From Ptychomitrium polyphyllum (lineage: Eukaryota), in contig OZ316776.1 in the NCBI GenBank assembly GCA_973851085.1, positions 558,001 to 622,000 on the forward strand: DNA of 64,000 nt, written 5' to 3'. Shown here in pieces: positions 22,996-37,906 of this stretch. The notes beneath the pieces are model-generated. The model did no database searches and was not told the origin of the DNA. It was given only the letters and a program-made list of their open reading frames with translations. The position numbers and the translations under genes were made by a program. Position 1 is the stretch's first letter, and each line of letters opens with the position of its first letter.

Positions 22996-25900
22996 CCTCA
23001 AACTTGCGACAACTCTTATTGATCTGCCGGCACAGCCATTGTATGGATGGCTTGGATGTACATGCTCAAGCGGTGCACACAATGCAGGGGACGCTTCTGT
23101 TGAACCATCCTTGTCGAGAATGTGTGAAGAGTGCAGCGTCGCCGAGGATCTCCGGGGTCTGCTCATGTGAAACCGGATGATGAATCTGCGTGCATGTGAT
23201 CGTAGTGTAGCTCTGAAGATACCATGTATTAGAGCGAAACATGGTCCAATCTGACCACTGCTTAGTGTACTATCAACTTAACTGAAGAGTACGATGCACC
23301 TCAGATTCGAGGAGAAGATCAGACGACTAGGTTGAGCAGTTATCGTGTATGTACGCATGCGATGACGATGCAACTTTGGGCAGTTTTGGATGGTGTATTT
23401 GGATACGTGGTTTGCATACCATTAACTAGCTTGACGGTGAGCTGTGCGAAGGAATCAGTTCTCTCTAGTTCACATGTCATGACGCTGCATTATTGCTGCA
23501 TTCGTGTAAATATGTCGTGCAACGATTTCGAACTTTACTTAAAACTTGGGATTGAGCTCAAGCCTGAGACCTAACCCGGCTGGCAATGGAGCATAGCGGC
23601 GCAAGTTCATATTTAGTGAGTAGAGTACCGTTGATACACTATGAAAGAGAATCCTGCAACAGTTCCTACATGAGAACAGGGATACTAGGCAACATTGCCT
23701 ACACTGCAACGCGTTGTAGAGTTCAGAATGTAAAGCTCGCCGTTACCAATGTGGAACAATTCCATACCCGGATTTCCCTTTTATTGGTGGCTCTCATGCG
23801 TGAAACAACGTGCACCACTATCCAATGCAATAAATATCTCCTGCGATGTCACTGAAGCATTTCATGATGAATAATGCATAAATATAGTAGACATAGATTA
23901 CACCTTAACAAAAGTTGATTACCTTAAATATTGTTGTAGATAATCCAAGGGAGTTACTGTGGAATTCCAAAATCTAATGATTCATCAGTATATTCTGATG
24001 AATCATAGTTTAATGACGCTTACACAAAACATTGTAAACATGAGAACTTTAATGCAACAAAATGATGCTCAGATTAGATTCCTCTGGATGTAAACATTTT
24101 TCTTAAATTTAAAAAATAATAATAGTGAGGTTTTTTATTACCAATTATTCTCAAATTAACTAATGGAAGTTAATTATCATTCTCTTTGTTCAAGTTACAG
24201 AGGGTTGAGATCAAGAAGTCTAAGCTTGATCAACTCTTCCATCCTAAGAATCCATTTACTTCAAAAAAATTTCAATCAAACATAGAATGGATTTTTGATG
24301 GTTGAATCAATGTCTATCATATCTACATTAGTTCTTTTAATATAGTCAAAATTTCAATTAATTTTTAGTAAGCTCACCATTTCTTCAAATGATTTTCAAA
24401 AAATGCAATCAAATTGCCAATTTTTTTCAATAAAACTATTGCCCAACCATCAACAAAATTAAGCATTTGAAAATGAAGGCTGCAAATTATAAACTTGATC
24501 AACAAACAACATTTGATATCAAATGGATGATGTTCATAAAGAAACATACCTATTAAGATTTTATAAAATGTCATTTCATAACTATTTTTATTCACTATTG
24601 TAAACAAGTCTTGTATTTACTTCACAACTTCATCCATGCATGTACTCAAAATTTCCAAAGCCCTCTAAAATCTCCTTCTTGTTGAAAATTTCAAATTAGC
24701 TACAAGACATGCATGATTTCTATTGGAATTGTCTTGACAAAATTATTGGACGCTTTGAAATCTCTATGAATAAAGTTGCAATTATGTAACCAATCTGTTC
24801 CAAGTGCAACATTGTATTTGATTTCTATAGCATCCTATATTTGATGATTTACAACCATGACTAGGTTCTATTAAATTGCGTTCAATGAGATTATAGATTA
24901 TCATGTTTATTTTGCATCGTAAATTTAAATCTATTATTGTCAAGAAATATTCTATATTGAGTGTACCAAGTGAATCCTTTATATGGAGAAGACTTTGAAT
25001 TTCTTCTTCTTGTGTGCACCACTAGAAGGATCCTTTGGAGCTATGGATACTAGAAATTGCATAAGAAAGTGTCCTACTTGAAAAGCTTCTCAGTTTCCAT
25101 TTTCCAAATTTGCATTCATTTATGTTTTGGATTCTCAGAGTGACATGGGCATGCATGGAAGAGCTCAACCTGCCCGCCCTCAGCAAATTTCTTCCCTATC
25201 TCCAAGGAACCACAACTTTTCCATATTCCCAAAGTTGTAGCCAAATACTTTGAAGAAGTCGCCCCGCTTCCCTACTATTAATCACGACCGCCACTTCCTT
25301 CTCCCCGGAGCTGGAATCAAACTCCGTGACATGGCTCCAATGCGACTCCTCCACCCTCACCTCTTAAAACATGGAATGTCATTTTCGACGAATGACATAT
25401 CTTCCAGCCAGAGTGCCACCTCACTGCAAGAGATTGTGATGCATGGTAACTTGGTTTCGGAGGTAACAAAGATGAAATAACTTTTTATGGAACACATTCG
25501 GAGAGAATTGGCCCAGGATTGACACCCACCACTATAGATACAAGCGTGTGCCAGTGGAGTATTACACTGTGTACGTTGTCATGCTGACAAACATGAGAAA
25601 AAGCAGTTTCGATGCACACAAGAGGAACGTGTTATCTAGCAGAGTGAAATTGATGTAGAAACTTCACTACAACGTAACTTCTAGCCGCAGTCTCACACGA
25701 TTATGCTCACATAACATGATTATGCCTTAAATTTCATGCATCACATCAGCGAGACAGAATGTTTCCTGAAAAGACATGGGCAAAACATAAGATATCATCG
25801 ATATGTCCAAAGATTCAAATTTCAATTGCAGTGTATACGAATCAGAAATCAAATAAGATTGTATTCAAATGCACAAATTTCTGGTCACTTTATTCTTTGA

Positions 25901-26195
25901 ATAATGACGCCTGTAAGTAGGCCAAAGGCAGCATACCTTCGTATGATCGTCCCACCACACGTTAATAAATCAAGTGCAAAATGTTTTAATTGTTTGCCAG
26001 GAAGAGCAAGAGATAAATGGCGAACTCATTCCTAAATTACATGTGTAGCACACGCAGTGAAATGATTGGCTTCCAGCCAAGCCAAGCCTGCCGGCAACTT
26101 GAAAACATATCTCAGAGAGACGGCAAAGACGACCTCTGACATCCAAATTTTCTCGTGGAGAATCCTTTCGACATAATAACGCAAATGCAAGTTAC

Positions 26196-29100
26196 TTAGC
26201 TGCGGTAGGACCGTTGGCTTTTCCTTTTAGCGTGGTAAGAGTGACTGCTGTGACCCTCATCTAATTCAGAGTCAACCAACTGCCAGCGAGTTACCTCAAT
26301 ACTATTAGTCGGCGGGTTGGACGCGCCCTTGGACTTGAGCTTGCGGTGGATTACAGGTTCTTCCAGATCTTTTTCACGAGTGTCCCTAGGTATATCCCCA
26401 AGCCTATCCTCGTAATGTTTTCTATGTTTCCTTTTCTGTTTCCTTTTTGAATCTTCAGAATCGTACTCCACAGGCTCTTCGCCTTTAGATTTAGAGCGGC
26501 TATGGTGCCTCTTAAATTTGGGCTTTTCTACATCTTCCACCTTTATACTCTCTTCAATCTCGGCGACATCATACACATGGTGACGCCTCTCTTGACGTTC
26601 TCTCTCACGCTTGCGCCCAAGCTTCAATCGAAGATCCTGAGGCTCTGGAGGAAGATCAGAATGGCCCGAGTCCTCTGGGATCTCCCTCTTGCTATTCCTG
26701 TAACGATTCTCTCCGCTCACATTGATGCGCTTACTGTTCAACTCCATCCTACGGTTTTTTTGAGACCGAGAATTCTCTCTGTCCTGTCTTTCAGGTAAAA
26801 CTGGAGCATCGTGCTCAGAGTTGTATTCAACATACTCTCTGCGCTGCCTACTGCTTTCTCTCTCTCGTCTCACATCGGGCACTTTTTCATCACGATCACC
26901 ACGGCGTGCAGGACGTCGAGGCTTAAGTTCATCAAGAGAAGTAACATCATCATTAGAGGGATGAGATCTCCGAGAGTGGCGATTGTCAGCTACTACCCTA
27001 TCAGGAGCTCTTTTCCGCTCAATCCTGCCACTTTTGGGTTTACGATACTCAGTATCTTCTGAATAGTCATCCCCAGACTCACGGTCCACATCATGCTTCC
27101 TCACATGCTCATCATGATCTGAACGCCTCTCCCTTGTCTCTTTAAACCTACGATTCTCCAACTCTGGTGATTGGTGTCGAACATTCCCTTCCCTCTCTCT
27201 TGGATAAGGAGGCTCAGGGGACCATTCTCTGTATAAAGACAAGGACACAGATTAGCTCTAGAACAAAAATGGTACACAAACATGCCTGGATATGGACTCA
27301 GTTTCACTTCGTCTTCCACACTCCCCATCTTAGCCAGATTTCTACTCACAGATCATCATGATGTCTCACAGTTGACTAATTTACGTGAAATTATCTATAA
27401 GAGATGCTGTCAGAGCCAACCAATCAAGAAGGTCATAGACGAGCTGAAACGATAAGGACTGGAGAAGTATCCCACAATATAAGCTGCTAGAAACAACGGT
27501 TCCCTAGAAAATTGCTCAAAGGATACACGAGTATACAGACATGTAACAATGTGCAATAAGATGTGTTAAAATGCGGGAAGAAGCTTACAGCCTACCACAC
27601 TAGAGCACACCCACTACTGCAAGGCATATAAACATCCAATGGATATCTGCAAACTTCGGACAGGTGTGGCTCATAAATAATGAAGCGTTCACATGGAAGC
27701 TAGCAAACTGGGTAAATCACGCAATGGTTATGCCTACAGACCTCTCAGAATGTTCCATCATCCGATGCTGCCGATGTCGCTCTTGACGTTGTCTTTCCTG
27801 AACTTCCAGAAACTCCTCTCGCGTCATAGGCGGTCTATCCATCACACCCATCATGCCCGGCCCGTTCCTCATGTAGCCGCTGCACAAGCCCAACCATAAT
27901 CAACATGTAATTCTCAGTCTCCAAAAATAAACGAGAATTGCAAGGCTACAGATAAGGGATGCTTGCTCGCACATATCTTAATCCTACATACCAAAGAATT
28001 ATTACACAGAGCAAACATATCATGAAAATGAGAATAATGAAGAGCTGAATTACATACCCGTGATGAGGAACTCCAGGATACATCGGAGGCATTCCAAATG
28101 GAGGTACCCCATATCCAGGACCAGGCATCATTGGCCTATCAAACGGCATTGGTCCAGGACCAGGCCCATGCATGCCTTCACCATAACCAAATGGGCCAGC
28201 ATGCGGATGCATTGGGGGGCCATGCCATTCCATATTGTAACCCCCACCATAAGGAGGTACACCCATTGGAGGCATTCCTGTAAGAGCAATCCAGTTAGTA
28301 AACGTAGATATACTTTTAGTCCTAAAACGCACTAAATTGCGATTGAAAACTGGAATCTCCTGATAGCATCATATATCTTAGTTGGAAAATGCAGAGCAAA
28401 AAAAAGAAACAGCAAGATCCAAAAGAACACATACAGTTAACATTAATATAAAATCTTCAGACGATTCGGTGATTACCAGGACCAAACATGCCAGGATGGG
28501 GACCATATGGCCCAGGACCTCCATGGTCCATGCAATCCCTCGCAAAATGATCTGGAGAGCCACATAAATAGCACACGCGCTCACCTTGCGTCCCCTGCAT
28601 CACCAAGTACAGAGCTCTGTCAGGGATTACACATATTTACAAGACCCAGATGAAGTGCACAATAGTAAATCGATAATAAGAATTTCAGACTCAGATCAAC
28701 TCATGAGATAAGCATCTTGTAATTAGTTACTCTTCCATAGCATTAAATAGATAATACAAAACAATGCACTGAAAATATACATAAAGCAGAGACCATACAG
28801 ACACATATTTCAGCATCTTCTAGGAACTCTAAATTTCTGTACCTTTCTGATCTTGCCTCCGCCAACATTATCTGCCGCTCCATCTGCTACATGGCACTAG
28901 CACGTCAGCATTAGTATCATAAGCAGTAAACATTGAAATGAAACCTCAGTCTCCATTTGAATACTAGAAGATTAATTATATACCCAACAAAATTCTGGAC
29001 ATCACAAAGCAATAGTTAAGTTTATCACCCTACGTCACAGGTCCAATAACGAGCCTCAAATCTCTCAAACAGAGATTCGAAATAACCTAAATTCTGAGTA

Positions 29101-32100
29101 TTTGCCACCCCATGCAGCCTTCTAGCTAATTAACATATTCCTCTAGCAATCAGAAACCTACCATAGGACAGCACAGAAAGTGCGTCCTCCCTTCCTAACG
29201 AAGTATTGAAGAAGTAAACTATAGAAGAAAGAGTGGAGTACTTCATCTCACTGAGCAAGATTGTTATTCTCAAGGAAGGTCTGATATTAATGCATTCTGA
29301 TGCATACGAAACCATACATGACGAACATGAAAAACCAAGATTAAAACCGGTAAAAAATATACCTATATTTCTCATATATTACATAATTAGCTGTCACGAA
29401 CTTCTCGATAACAATCAATACCATTTCATTACCACCAATTAGAGATCAATTCTAGAGTGATCTGCTATACCGGTCTAAATATGTGTCAGAAATTGCACAA
29501 TGAGATTGTTGGAATTGCAGAAACCAAACTCCACTCTTGGCCCCTTCCAACAGCCACGGTGCACTAAGTCTTTACAATAATTCCAACAAAACCTTCTTCA
29601 GAGGAGCAACACATCCACAAGTAACAATAATCACAAAACTCCTACCTGCTTGGACAGGACGAGCGCGTTTCTTCTTCTTTTTCCCTGAGATAAATCAGCC
29701 AAAGCACAGTCAGGGTGTACCAAAACGCTCACAACAAAATAACTACGAAACCTCATGCTTTCGATTCACCTGATTGATCTTGTATAGAGTGCCGCTTGAT
29801 TCCTCCACTAATATGTTAGAATCCTTATATACCAGTTGCAAAGACAAGGTGCACGGCAGCAAACACGTGACCTTCATATGCTTAATTCCAATGTAGCGAT
29901 GTGATGCTATGTGAGAAAAGTAGTACGCCACGTACAGGCAAAGTTTGAATCATGCCTACTTTCACAAGAAATGAACGCTAAGAAGTTGCATAGCACAAAG
30001 AAAATCCTAAGTTTAAAAAGGATAGAGAGGAGAGAGCCTTCTTTCTGCACCACTTTGTCCAACATGGGCGAAATAATTGTCTCAAACTGTATACGACCCA
30101 GCAAATCCACCTTGTGGGAAAAATCCCTACATCTAGCTCCCAAATTTTGGGAAAGACTTATGTAATTCCTCATCGAGAACACACCTTTGCTAACCTCAGA
30201 CTCCACTGCTACCCCATCCGTCTCCTTAACTGAAAGAGGCTCGATATTCTTAGATATCATGCCTGTTTCTCCCTCGTCATTTACAAAACCCTGCTTTTCT
30301 TCTTCTTTAAGAGAAAGCCCAACTTCCTCTTTCCCTGAAGTTTCTGCTGCGTGTTCTTTGGAAGGGGGCCCTTCAATGGCACCTCCACTATCTTCTCCTC
30401 CGGCCAACATAACGGCGGAGACTTCAACTTGTTCTTTTTTCTCTTTTTTGTCCTTCGACGACTCCACTACATCCTCCACAACTACCACTTCCTTTGTAGG
30501 AGGAGCCTGCGCTGGTGCACCCGTGGAGCTCGCAGGCTTTCGTAGCTCAATTTGTAGGCGTGAAGCAGCTGGTGTGGCCACCTTTCGAGGACCAGACTCT
30601 ACATCTGAACAATTCCCATCATCAAATATATCAGACACTCAACATAATCAGCCGAAGCAGAGAGTATATCTATAGCGAAACCCAAATTTGACATGTTCAG
30701 CAAGAGCGAAACACTTTAACCGGACAGAATGAGATGGTAGATGATATGCTATCATAGTGAAACCTATGAAACAAAAAGATTAAAAAACCAAAATGATTCA
30801 GGTTTCTGCTAAACTTACCAGGCAGTTGCTGCTGTCTGTAAAAACTGTCTGATGCCCCACTCGTGGTCATTTGTGCCTCTAAGAAACGATCAATAGCCTG
30901 TCGAAGGTTGATATTTGGAAGCAAATCGTCATTTTTGAATTTGGTAGACTCGCATTGAGGGCACTTTCCTTTCGCAATCAGCTCCTCTCTAATACCTGGA
31001 CTCATCATGAGAATCAGCATCAGCTCCTGTTCTTATCCCACCCTCCATAACAATAATTAAAACCTGAAATGGCAAAACCCTCAAGTATATTGCCTAAACA
31101 TTGTACCAAAGTAGTAAAAAATCTAGAAGGATTGAGTATAGATCTTACATTTATCACAGAAACTGTACTGACAGCAGGGTATCATGACTGCGTCCTTGAA
31201 AATGTTGCTACACAGAGGACATTTTAACTCTGGAGGTGGCTCTAAGTAGATTGGTCTGATGGCCAACAGAGCATCTGCTTCCTTGGCAAAAACAGACCTG
31301 GAAACCAAACATAATCATATATTAAACTATCCATGCACACACAAACTTACCAACAAAGCGAATAAATAACAGGCTGCACATCTAGAAAGCACAGTGCTTA
31401 CCAACAGTAAGTGTTGAACATAGGAACTTACTCGTCTGGTTGCATAACAGCAACAGAACCATCTGGTAGGATATAGGAACCCTCCTGATCAGCTTTCAGT
31501 CGCGTCTTGGGAATGCCCACCGGTGGTTTCATTTTCCTCATATCATACGTAGGATCTCCATTGGTTGGACAATGCTGGATAAAATGACCTGTATGTAAAA
31601 GAAGATACTGATTATGAACACGAGAGCAAATTCCACAAAACCTAAAAACACTCTAATTGCATCGCCCTCGATGACCACCTATACGCATTGAAATGCTAGA
31701 TTGGTATCCATTCACAGAAGCAATACAAACCTGGTTGGCCACAACGATGACACACATAACCCTGTGGAGGCGTTGCCCTTCCGAACCCACGAGCTGCATA
31801 AGATAATGTGAAAGAACGCATATAAGTTAACAGAATCGCAAGCGTTTAGTCAAGAAATAACCACTAAGTAAAGATACATGGCTAAGAAAATGACTTATCA
31901 ACCAGAACGTATGACCTACAAGTGCTGTTACCCCACAAGTAGACAGCAGGACATGGAAAACTCAAAAAAGTAAACAACGAAATATGCACAAAAGATACAA
32001 ACCTCCGCCACCTCCGCCGCCGCCACCTCTAGCTGCACCTCCTCTCCCATAACCACCACGCCCAGAACCTCTACCTCCACCAAATCCCTCTTGCGTTTGC

Positions 32101-34090
32101 CTAATCAAGCATCCAGACGTTGCCAAATTATATGCTTCACGCTATTACTGTACACTAAAACGCACCCCTCTTGAAACGAAGGTAACAGCAATAATGCGAA
32201 AAGGAAAGCTCGAAAATGTAAGGACATGTACCGTTGCCACTCTGTCGCTGTCGTGTTAAGCATAGCTGCAATGCGAGTATTTTCGTCCAGATCTATCTTG
32301 CTGGCCACAGGTTCAGGTATAGCATACAAGTCCACACCAAAATCGTCCAAGCTGTCCATTCCAGTGTTCTGCACCACCCTTACCTTATTAACAAAATGCA
32401 CTCTCACTCGCTGCAATAACGAATTTTCCCATGAAATACTGGGTCTAGTTGCCAGAAGCAATAACAGATTGCTTTTCGAGGTCGAAATCCAAAATTGGAT
32501 AAGAGTGCGGTATTACAACATTTAAAAGAGCAAAGCTATAACTTCAGCAAGAATTTGGCAACATACGGAAAAAGCCTGCAATGTGGTGTCAGCTCCCTTG
32601 CCATTGTCACCAGCCATGGATTCTGCCATCGAACCATGGTTCTTCGACCTACCAATGCCACATTTTGAATATCCAATATCTGAGACTCGTAAAAAGACAC
32701 ATAACCTTACAATAATATTGAATACCAAGCAAAAGGCAGAAATCATAAATGACAGCAAAAGATAGTCGCATATGTCAAGACATGTTGGCCAAGTAACTGC
32801 ACTACTCTACAAAGTCAGGAAAATCAATCAGAAGAAGGAACCGCACTGTTCTTCAACTCGGAGAACTGGTTTTGAGCGAGATGCAGGTACTCGCTTGATA
32901 ATAACACTCGTGTTTTTGGGCAGAAGAAATGAATCATCCGTATACTCTGTAACAGTAAAACAACAATTATTGCACGAGTGTAAAGGATAAGAACATGATC
33001 TAAGAGATTTGACATGATTTCCTGCCACAACTACAAAAGCATATTTGCAAATTCATAGTAAAATGATACGATCATATCCATCCAAGTAAAATTGACTGTG
33101 AAGGCCTTGCTTGACAATAAGCTTATGTAAATTTGCCCTGTGTGTTCGGGATGCTAAGAAAGCTCATTCTGCCAAGACCAATGATATCACAAGCCGAGAC
33201 CATCTGCTAAGACCACAAACGTAGAACGCTATACACTAGAACTCTCAGTAGTTCATCTCTAGTTCATCACCTAATGAGTAAGCAATAAATTAAATCTTCT
33301 GATGATCACAGATCGATGAAAGGGGTTATCTGTAATCGTTTTGAGAATAACAACTACAACTCCCAAAAGCACCAATGCCACAGACGTCCACTAAAAATCT
33401 ACTTCAGTAGCGGGGACAAGCACGTTGAGATATCAAAGGAGCTGTACGAAGTTCACAACTGATCAACGAGTCAATTCCGACAACATTAAACAATAGAGCA
33501 CTGTAGATTGAAAGGGCAACAAAATCATATGCCAGGTCTGAAAGCAATGCTTCGGGACTTTCAAGGAACTGCCAAAAATACAGAAACTGGCTCGTACCAT
33601 GAGCACCAAATCTAGGGTTTAGCACCGATGCACCCATACATATGGGCAAACGATCACCTTCAAAGACATCTACATGACAAAGAGGCGCCAACTCTGACAT
33701 CTAACGAAAAATTGAAGACGCTATTGCAACTACCTATATCTAGGTACCGAGAAGCGTCAAAAAGCTACAGTTCTTTCCAAACCTCAAACTTTCTTGCACG
33801 GAAACCACCAGAACGACACTCTGGAACAAGACCTACCTAATCAACTCGAAAAGTGACAGCCGCTCCGGTTCCCTCTGCGAAAAACCAGAAAGAGTGCCCT
33901 TCAAGAAGAGTGGGAGTAATTTACCTTCAGCTGTCTGAGCATTGGTGATGAGCAAGTCGAAATCCGTCGCCCTACCTAAGTTCTTATGCTCAACTATCTT
34001 CTCCTTCAAAGAGCCAATTGAGATGAAAGGGCCATCAATATCGATGGAATCGTACTCAACGGCACTTCTAAACTTGAAGTGAATAGCCAT
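26196..34090 (-). CDS. DWNN + CCHC zinc knuckle + RING-like E3 ligase / 3'-end processing factor (RBBP6/Mpe1/PQT3 family), ~15 exons
   Basis: Exon 1 (34090-33925) MAIHFKFRSAVEYDSIDIDGPFISIGSLKEKI and exon 2 (32946-32847) EYTDDSFLLPKNTSVIIKRVP form the DWNN domain. PPQGYVCHRCGQPGHFIQHCPTNGD (~31790-31550) is the zinc knuckle. PPPELKCPLCSNIFKDAVMIPCCQYSFCDKC...CPQC (~31240-30950) is the RING-like domain. A Pro/Gly/Met-rich exon (~28277-28098) and an Arg/Glu/Ser-rich last exon ending at 26196 follow. The small central exons are approximate. Confidence 0.93.
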
Positions 34091-34139
34091 ACCGCGAATC
34101 CTACGCTACTTCACAAACAGCAGACGCGGCACGAGACAC

Positions 34140-34178
34140 AAACAACAACAACAACTACTACTACTATTACTACTACCT
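34140..34178. repeat. Compound (ACA)n/(ACT)n trinucleotide microsatellite in the 5' leader of the DWNN gene
   Basis: aacaacaacaacaactactactactattactactacc. Confidence 0.8.
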
Positions 34179-34699
34179 ATCGGAATCCCCTGCCCTCCCT
34201 ACACATCACAGCGACTTGCTATCCTCCCGCAATTCTCCGCCGTGGCCAATTCCGGAGCGCCCGATGCCGATTCACGCCACGAGCGCCAAAGACGCTGAGA
34301 AGCACTAGAGAGAGCGGCGGGCCATGAAGCGCGTGCGCGCGGACGGAGTGTCCATCCCCGAGGACGATGCAGCGTCCGAGGGTTTGGTGCGACGCCGCGA
34401 AAGGAAACACGAACACGAACAGTGGGACTGAAAACCTAGCGATGGGGCATGGCCTCCGTAGCCCCTCCCCTCCCCTCCCCTCCCCTCCCCACGCCACCCT
34501 ATACCCGCCTCTATACCCGCGGCTCCATACCCGCCGCTCTCCCTTCGTCTCGTGTGTCCTCGGCGTGTCCACGGGTGAAGACCCGTCTTCGTTTCGATCA
34601 GGGCACCTTTACGATGGGTACAGGGCCTCGGTAAAAAGGGACTCCTATAAGAAAGAGACGGAGGCTTTATGGAAAGTTTTCATAAAGAGAATTTAGTTA

Positions 34700-36850
34700 G
34701 CCTTCTCACTGTACGGGGTTTCTTAACACTTTCATGCCAAGATTTTACTGTTATTGGAGTATTAGTTGTTTTCTGTTATTCTGGGAGGGTTTTGTAAGTA
34801 AAAGATGTTTCAGAAGAACTTGATTGAGACGATGGAATCAAACTTTGCTAAATACATGATTTCTAATTGAAATACGGATTTGTTTTGAAGACATTCTCTA
34901 AATTTAGAAAAAGAAAAACTTTGTGCTCAATAATTGATCATTATAATACAAAATCTCTAAATGAAAACATTGTGTTGGTAAATACAAATGCAATTAAAGT
35001 TAAAGGTTGTATAAGACTTTTGTGTACCAAATTTTTTACAATATCAAAAGTTGTTGCAAAAAATAAAATGTAGTTGTAAAATAAGTTTGTAAATGATATT
35101 TCAAATTTTTTTTAATGCAATACTAACATTCATAGAATGAGGCTTTATATTGCTTTAAAGAAAATATATCATAAATTTCATTTTAAAAAATATTTTTTTG
35201 AGGTGATTAATGTATATTCAAACAATATATAGTAAATAAAATTAAACCAATTTTTTTAATTATTCCTACATACAACTTATTAAACATTCTTCATTAAAAT
35301 ATATTACATGTATTTCACACACATGGAAATATTTATAATAAAATGTACAATTTATATATACCATGTATAACTCTATATACGAAATCATGGAAATATGGAA
35401 TCTTATATTTTTAATCAAACATTACATCTTAGTGCATGTAATTGACAACATCAAAAATTCTTGCTTAACTTTAGAGACACCACATATAAATTATTATTAT
35501 TCAAATTTATTTGTTTACTTTAATGTGTAATATTATAACAAATTTATAACCATTTCATAATGATTGGAGGTAAAATTAAGTTTATGTTGAATCAACAATC
35601 TAAAATCCAAAACATATTTGATACTTGTATTATTTTAAATATATATTATTTTTTTTGCAAGTCATATACAAATCTATTTACAATCATTACATTTAATCAA
35701 ATGTAGAACAAATTTCTTTTTAGATTCATAATCTTAAAGCAAATTTAATATAAGTATAATAATTACATAAAATATAACTTAATATGAATTTTAATACTAA
35801 ATACTATAATACATCTGAAATCATTGAATACAATAAAATATTAGTTAAAATTGTGCTAATAAATTTAAAATATACAAATCAATGACATAAAATATTATGT
35901 ATATTTATTAATATATGATAAGATGACATATTTATAAATTCAATTGATATATTATTGAATTTGGAAATTTTAATAGATTTATGACTTCAATTCCAAAAAA
36001 ATTTAAATTTGCATTTTACAAAAAAATATGAAATATATACAATGGTTACATCAAAGTTTATTTTATTTTATTTTAGAATTTTATTATCTTAATATGTGTT
36101 ATATCTTAATATATTATAAATTAAGTTCATAAATAATTTTATGCAATCAAATGAAAGTTGAAACTATATTATATCAACAATTTAAAGATTTTTTTATAAT
36201 TAAATAACTTACTTTGTTATTTAATATAATATGGACTTATTAATTATTTCATATTAAATGATTGATTATAAGAAACACTCTTTGCATGCATATTTAACCT
36301 TGTTGTATAGTGTAATAGCTTGAAAAATCAACCATCCATTGATTAATTAATTTATGATTATTTTCTTTTTTTTCACTAATTCCCATTTTTCATGATTTGT
36401 AAACCATGCAAGTTCATATGTATGATCAATCATACATCTTCAAACACATGATCACCCATACATCTTCAATATATAAAAAGAAGATATAACTTTAATTTAT
36501 ATTTTGTCATACCATAGCTAATTAATTAATAAGAAAAGAAATCTTGGTAGCAAAGTAATATGATAAATCATATATTGATATAACGTAAGCTAATATTAGA
36601 AGGAATATATTAAAAAAAATATACATCTTTAAATTCACTTACAATGTAGTAATTTAAAATCATTCACGGTAGTTTATTTTCATGAACAAATCCAATCACT
36701 ACATCAAATTACTTTAATATGTTAAAGTGTTTTTAGTTAAGAATGATCAACTTAAGAAAAATCTAGACCATGTAATAATTGTCTTTTGCCGCATTTTCAT
36801 ATTTAAAGAATAATATTCATGAACATGGGATCCGAAATTACAAAGTTGTA
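34700..36850. other. Extremely AT-rich, CpG-poor intergenic block between the divergent DWNN and TAF15-like genes
   Basis: Composition seen directly; no credible ORF. Confidence 0.7.
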
Positions 36851-37906
36851 CCTTAAATCCGGGTCTAAAAACACTCATTGTTTGGAAGCCATGCCCCAAG
36901 CTCGGTGACCAGTGTCTCTACCGAGCGAGCTGATGTCGAGCCCAAAACACAAACACAGAACCACGGTCGTAGGAACGATGGCGCGTTCATGGGTGAAATG
37001 GTAAGCTTAGGGTTCGGCGGAGCGTGAAGCTCCTTTCCTGCAACGACTCCGCTCTTCCTCGCAGGGTGTCTTTGTTTCTTGCCTCCGGAACCACGGCCCT
37101 CGCATGTGTGCATGCAAGCTGGGCTGACGTCCTCCATCCGTGTACCGCCATCGCCACCCGCTATCGGTACGGGCACCCGACCGGGACACCACCACTCGCT
37201 TCGTCTTGACTCTCGCACATCACTTCACTGGCATACATTACGTGTGGCGCTAGGGGTAGGACACTGGACCGGATGACAGCCTGATGACAGGTCGGGCACG
37301 ACGCTCCTGTAGTGATGGTTAGTGGTTGTGTTGGTGGACCTTAAAGTGGCATGGGATGTACAAGGCTTGGGAATTCATGGCATTCTGAGGTGACTTGCTT
37401 TGGACTCGAGTGGACTAAAGTAAGCATAGTTCTTATGGGAATGAGGTTTGGGTGATAGGGTTTTGTTGGAGTGCCTGGGGGTTTGGTCGAGGGTAAAAAC
37501 TAGCGCTTGGCATGGAGGATCATGTGGTGGCTGTGACGAGGATTCGGTGTTTGGTAGAGTTCGGGGTTAAGGTTCGAGGTTGGAATTTCACGGCGGTGCT
37601 ACATGAAGACTTGGGGTTAGGGTATTGACTCATGTGTCGTGATTTGAAGCGGTGTTGGTGGTTCTCGAGGTCTTACGGATGTTTTCGTTGAGGAAGAGGG
37701 GCTTGTAGCTTTGCATGTTGAATATCCGGACTGGTGATATAAAGGGAGAGGTCGTGGAGGGAAACTCTCTTCTGTGTTGAGTCGTTGACGGTGTTAGTTA
37801 AGTGAACGGTTGCAGGTTTTGAATCGGTGAAGGAACTGCTAGCAATCGGAGGTAGAGAAGCTTGGCAAGGGCTGTCCGTGCAGGTGCAGAGTTGGAAGTT
37901 GGCAGA

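Noticed and set aside
23864..24006. C-box ATGATGA ... D-box CTGA, resembling a C/D snoRNA, plus a 12-bp hairpin at 23977-24006
   Set aside because: AT-rich context, no recognisable rRNA-antisense guide, and the D box is part of a local inverted repeat; likely chance.
23880..25130. Possible decayed transposase remnant
   Set aside because: No catalytic motif, TIR, LTR or target-site duplication could be read, so it was not called as a mobile element.
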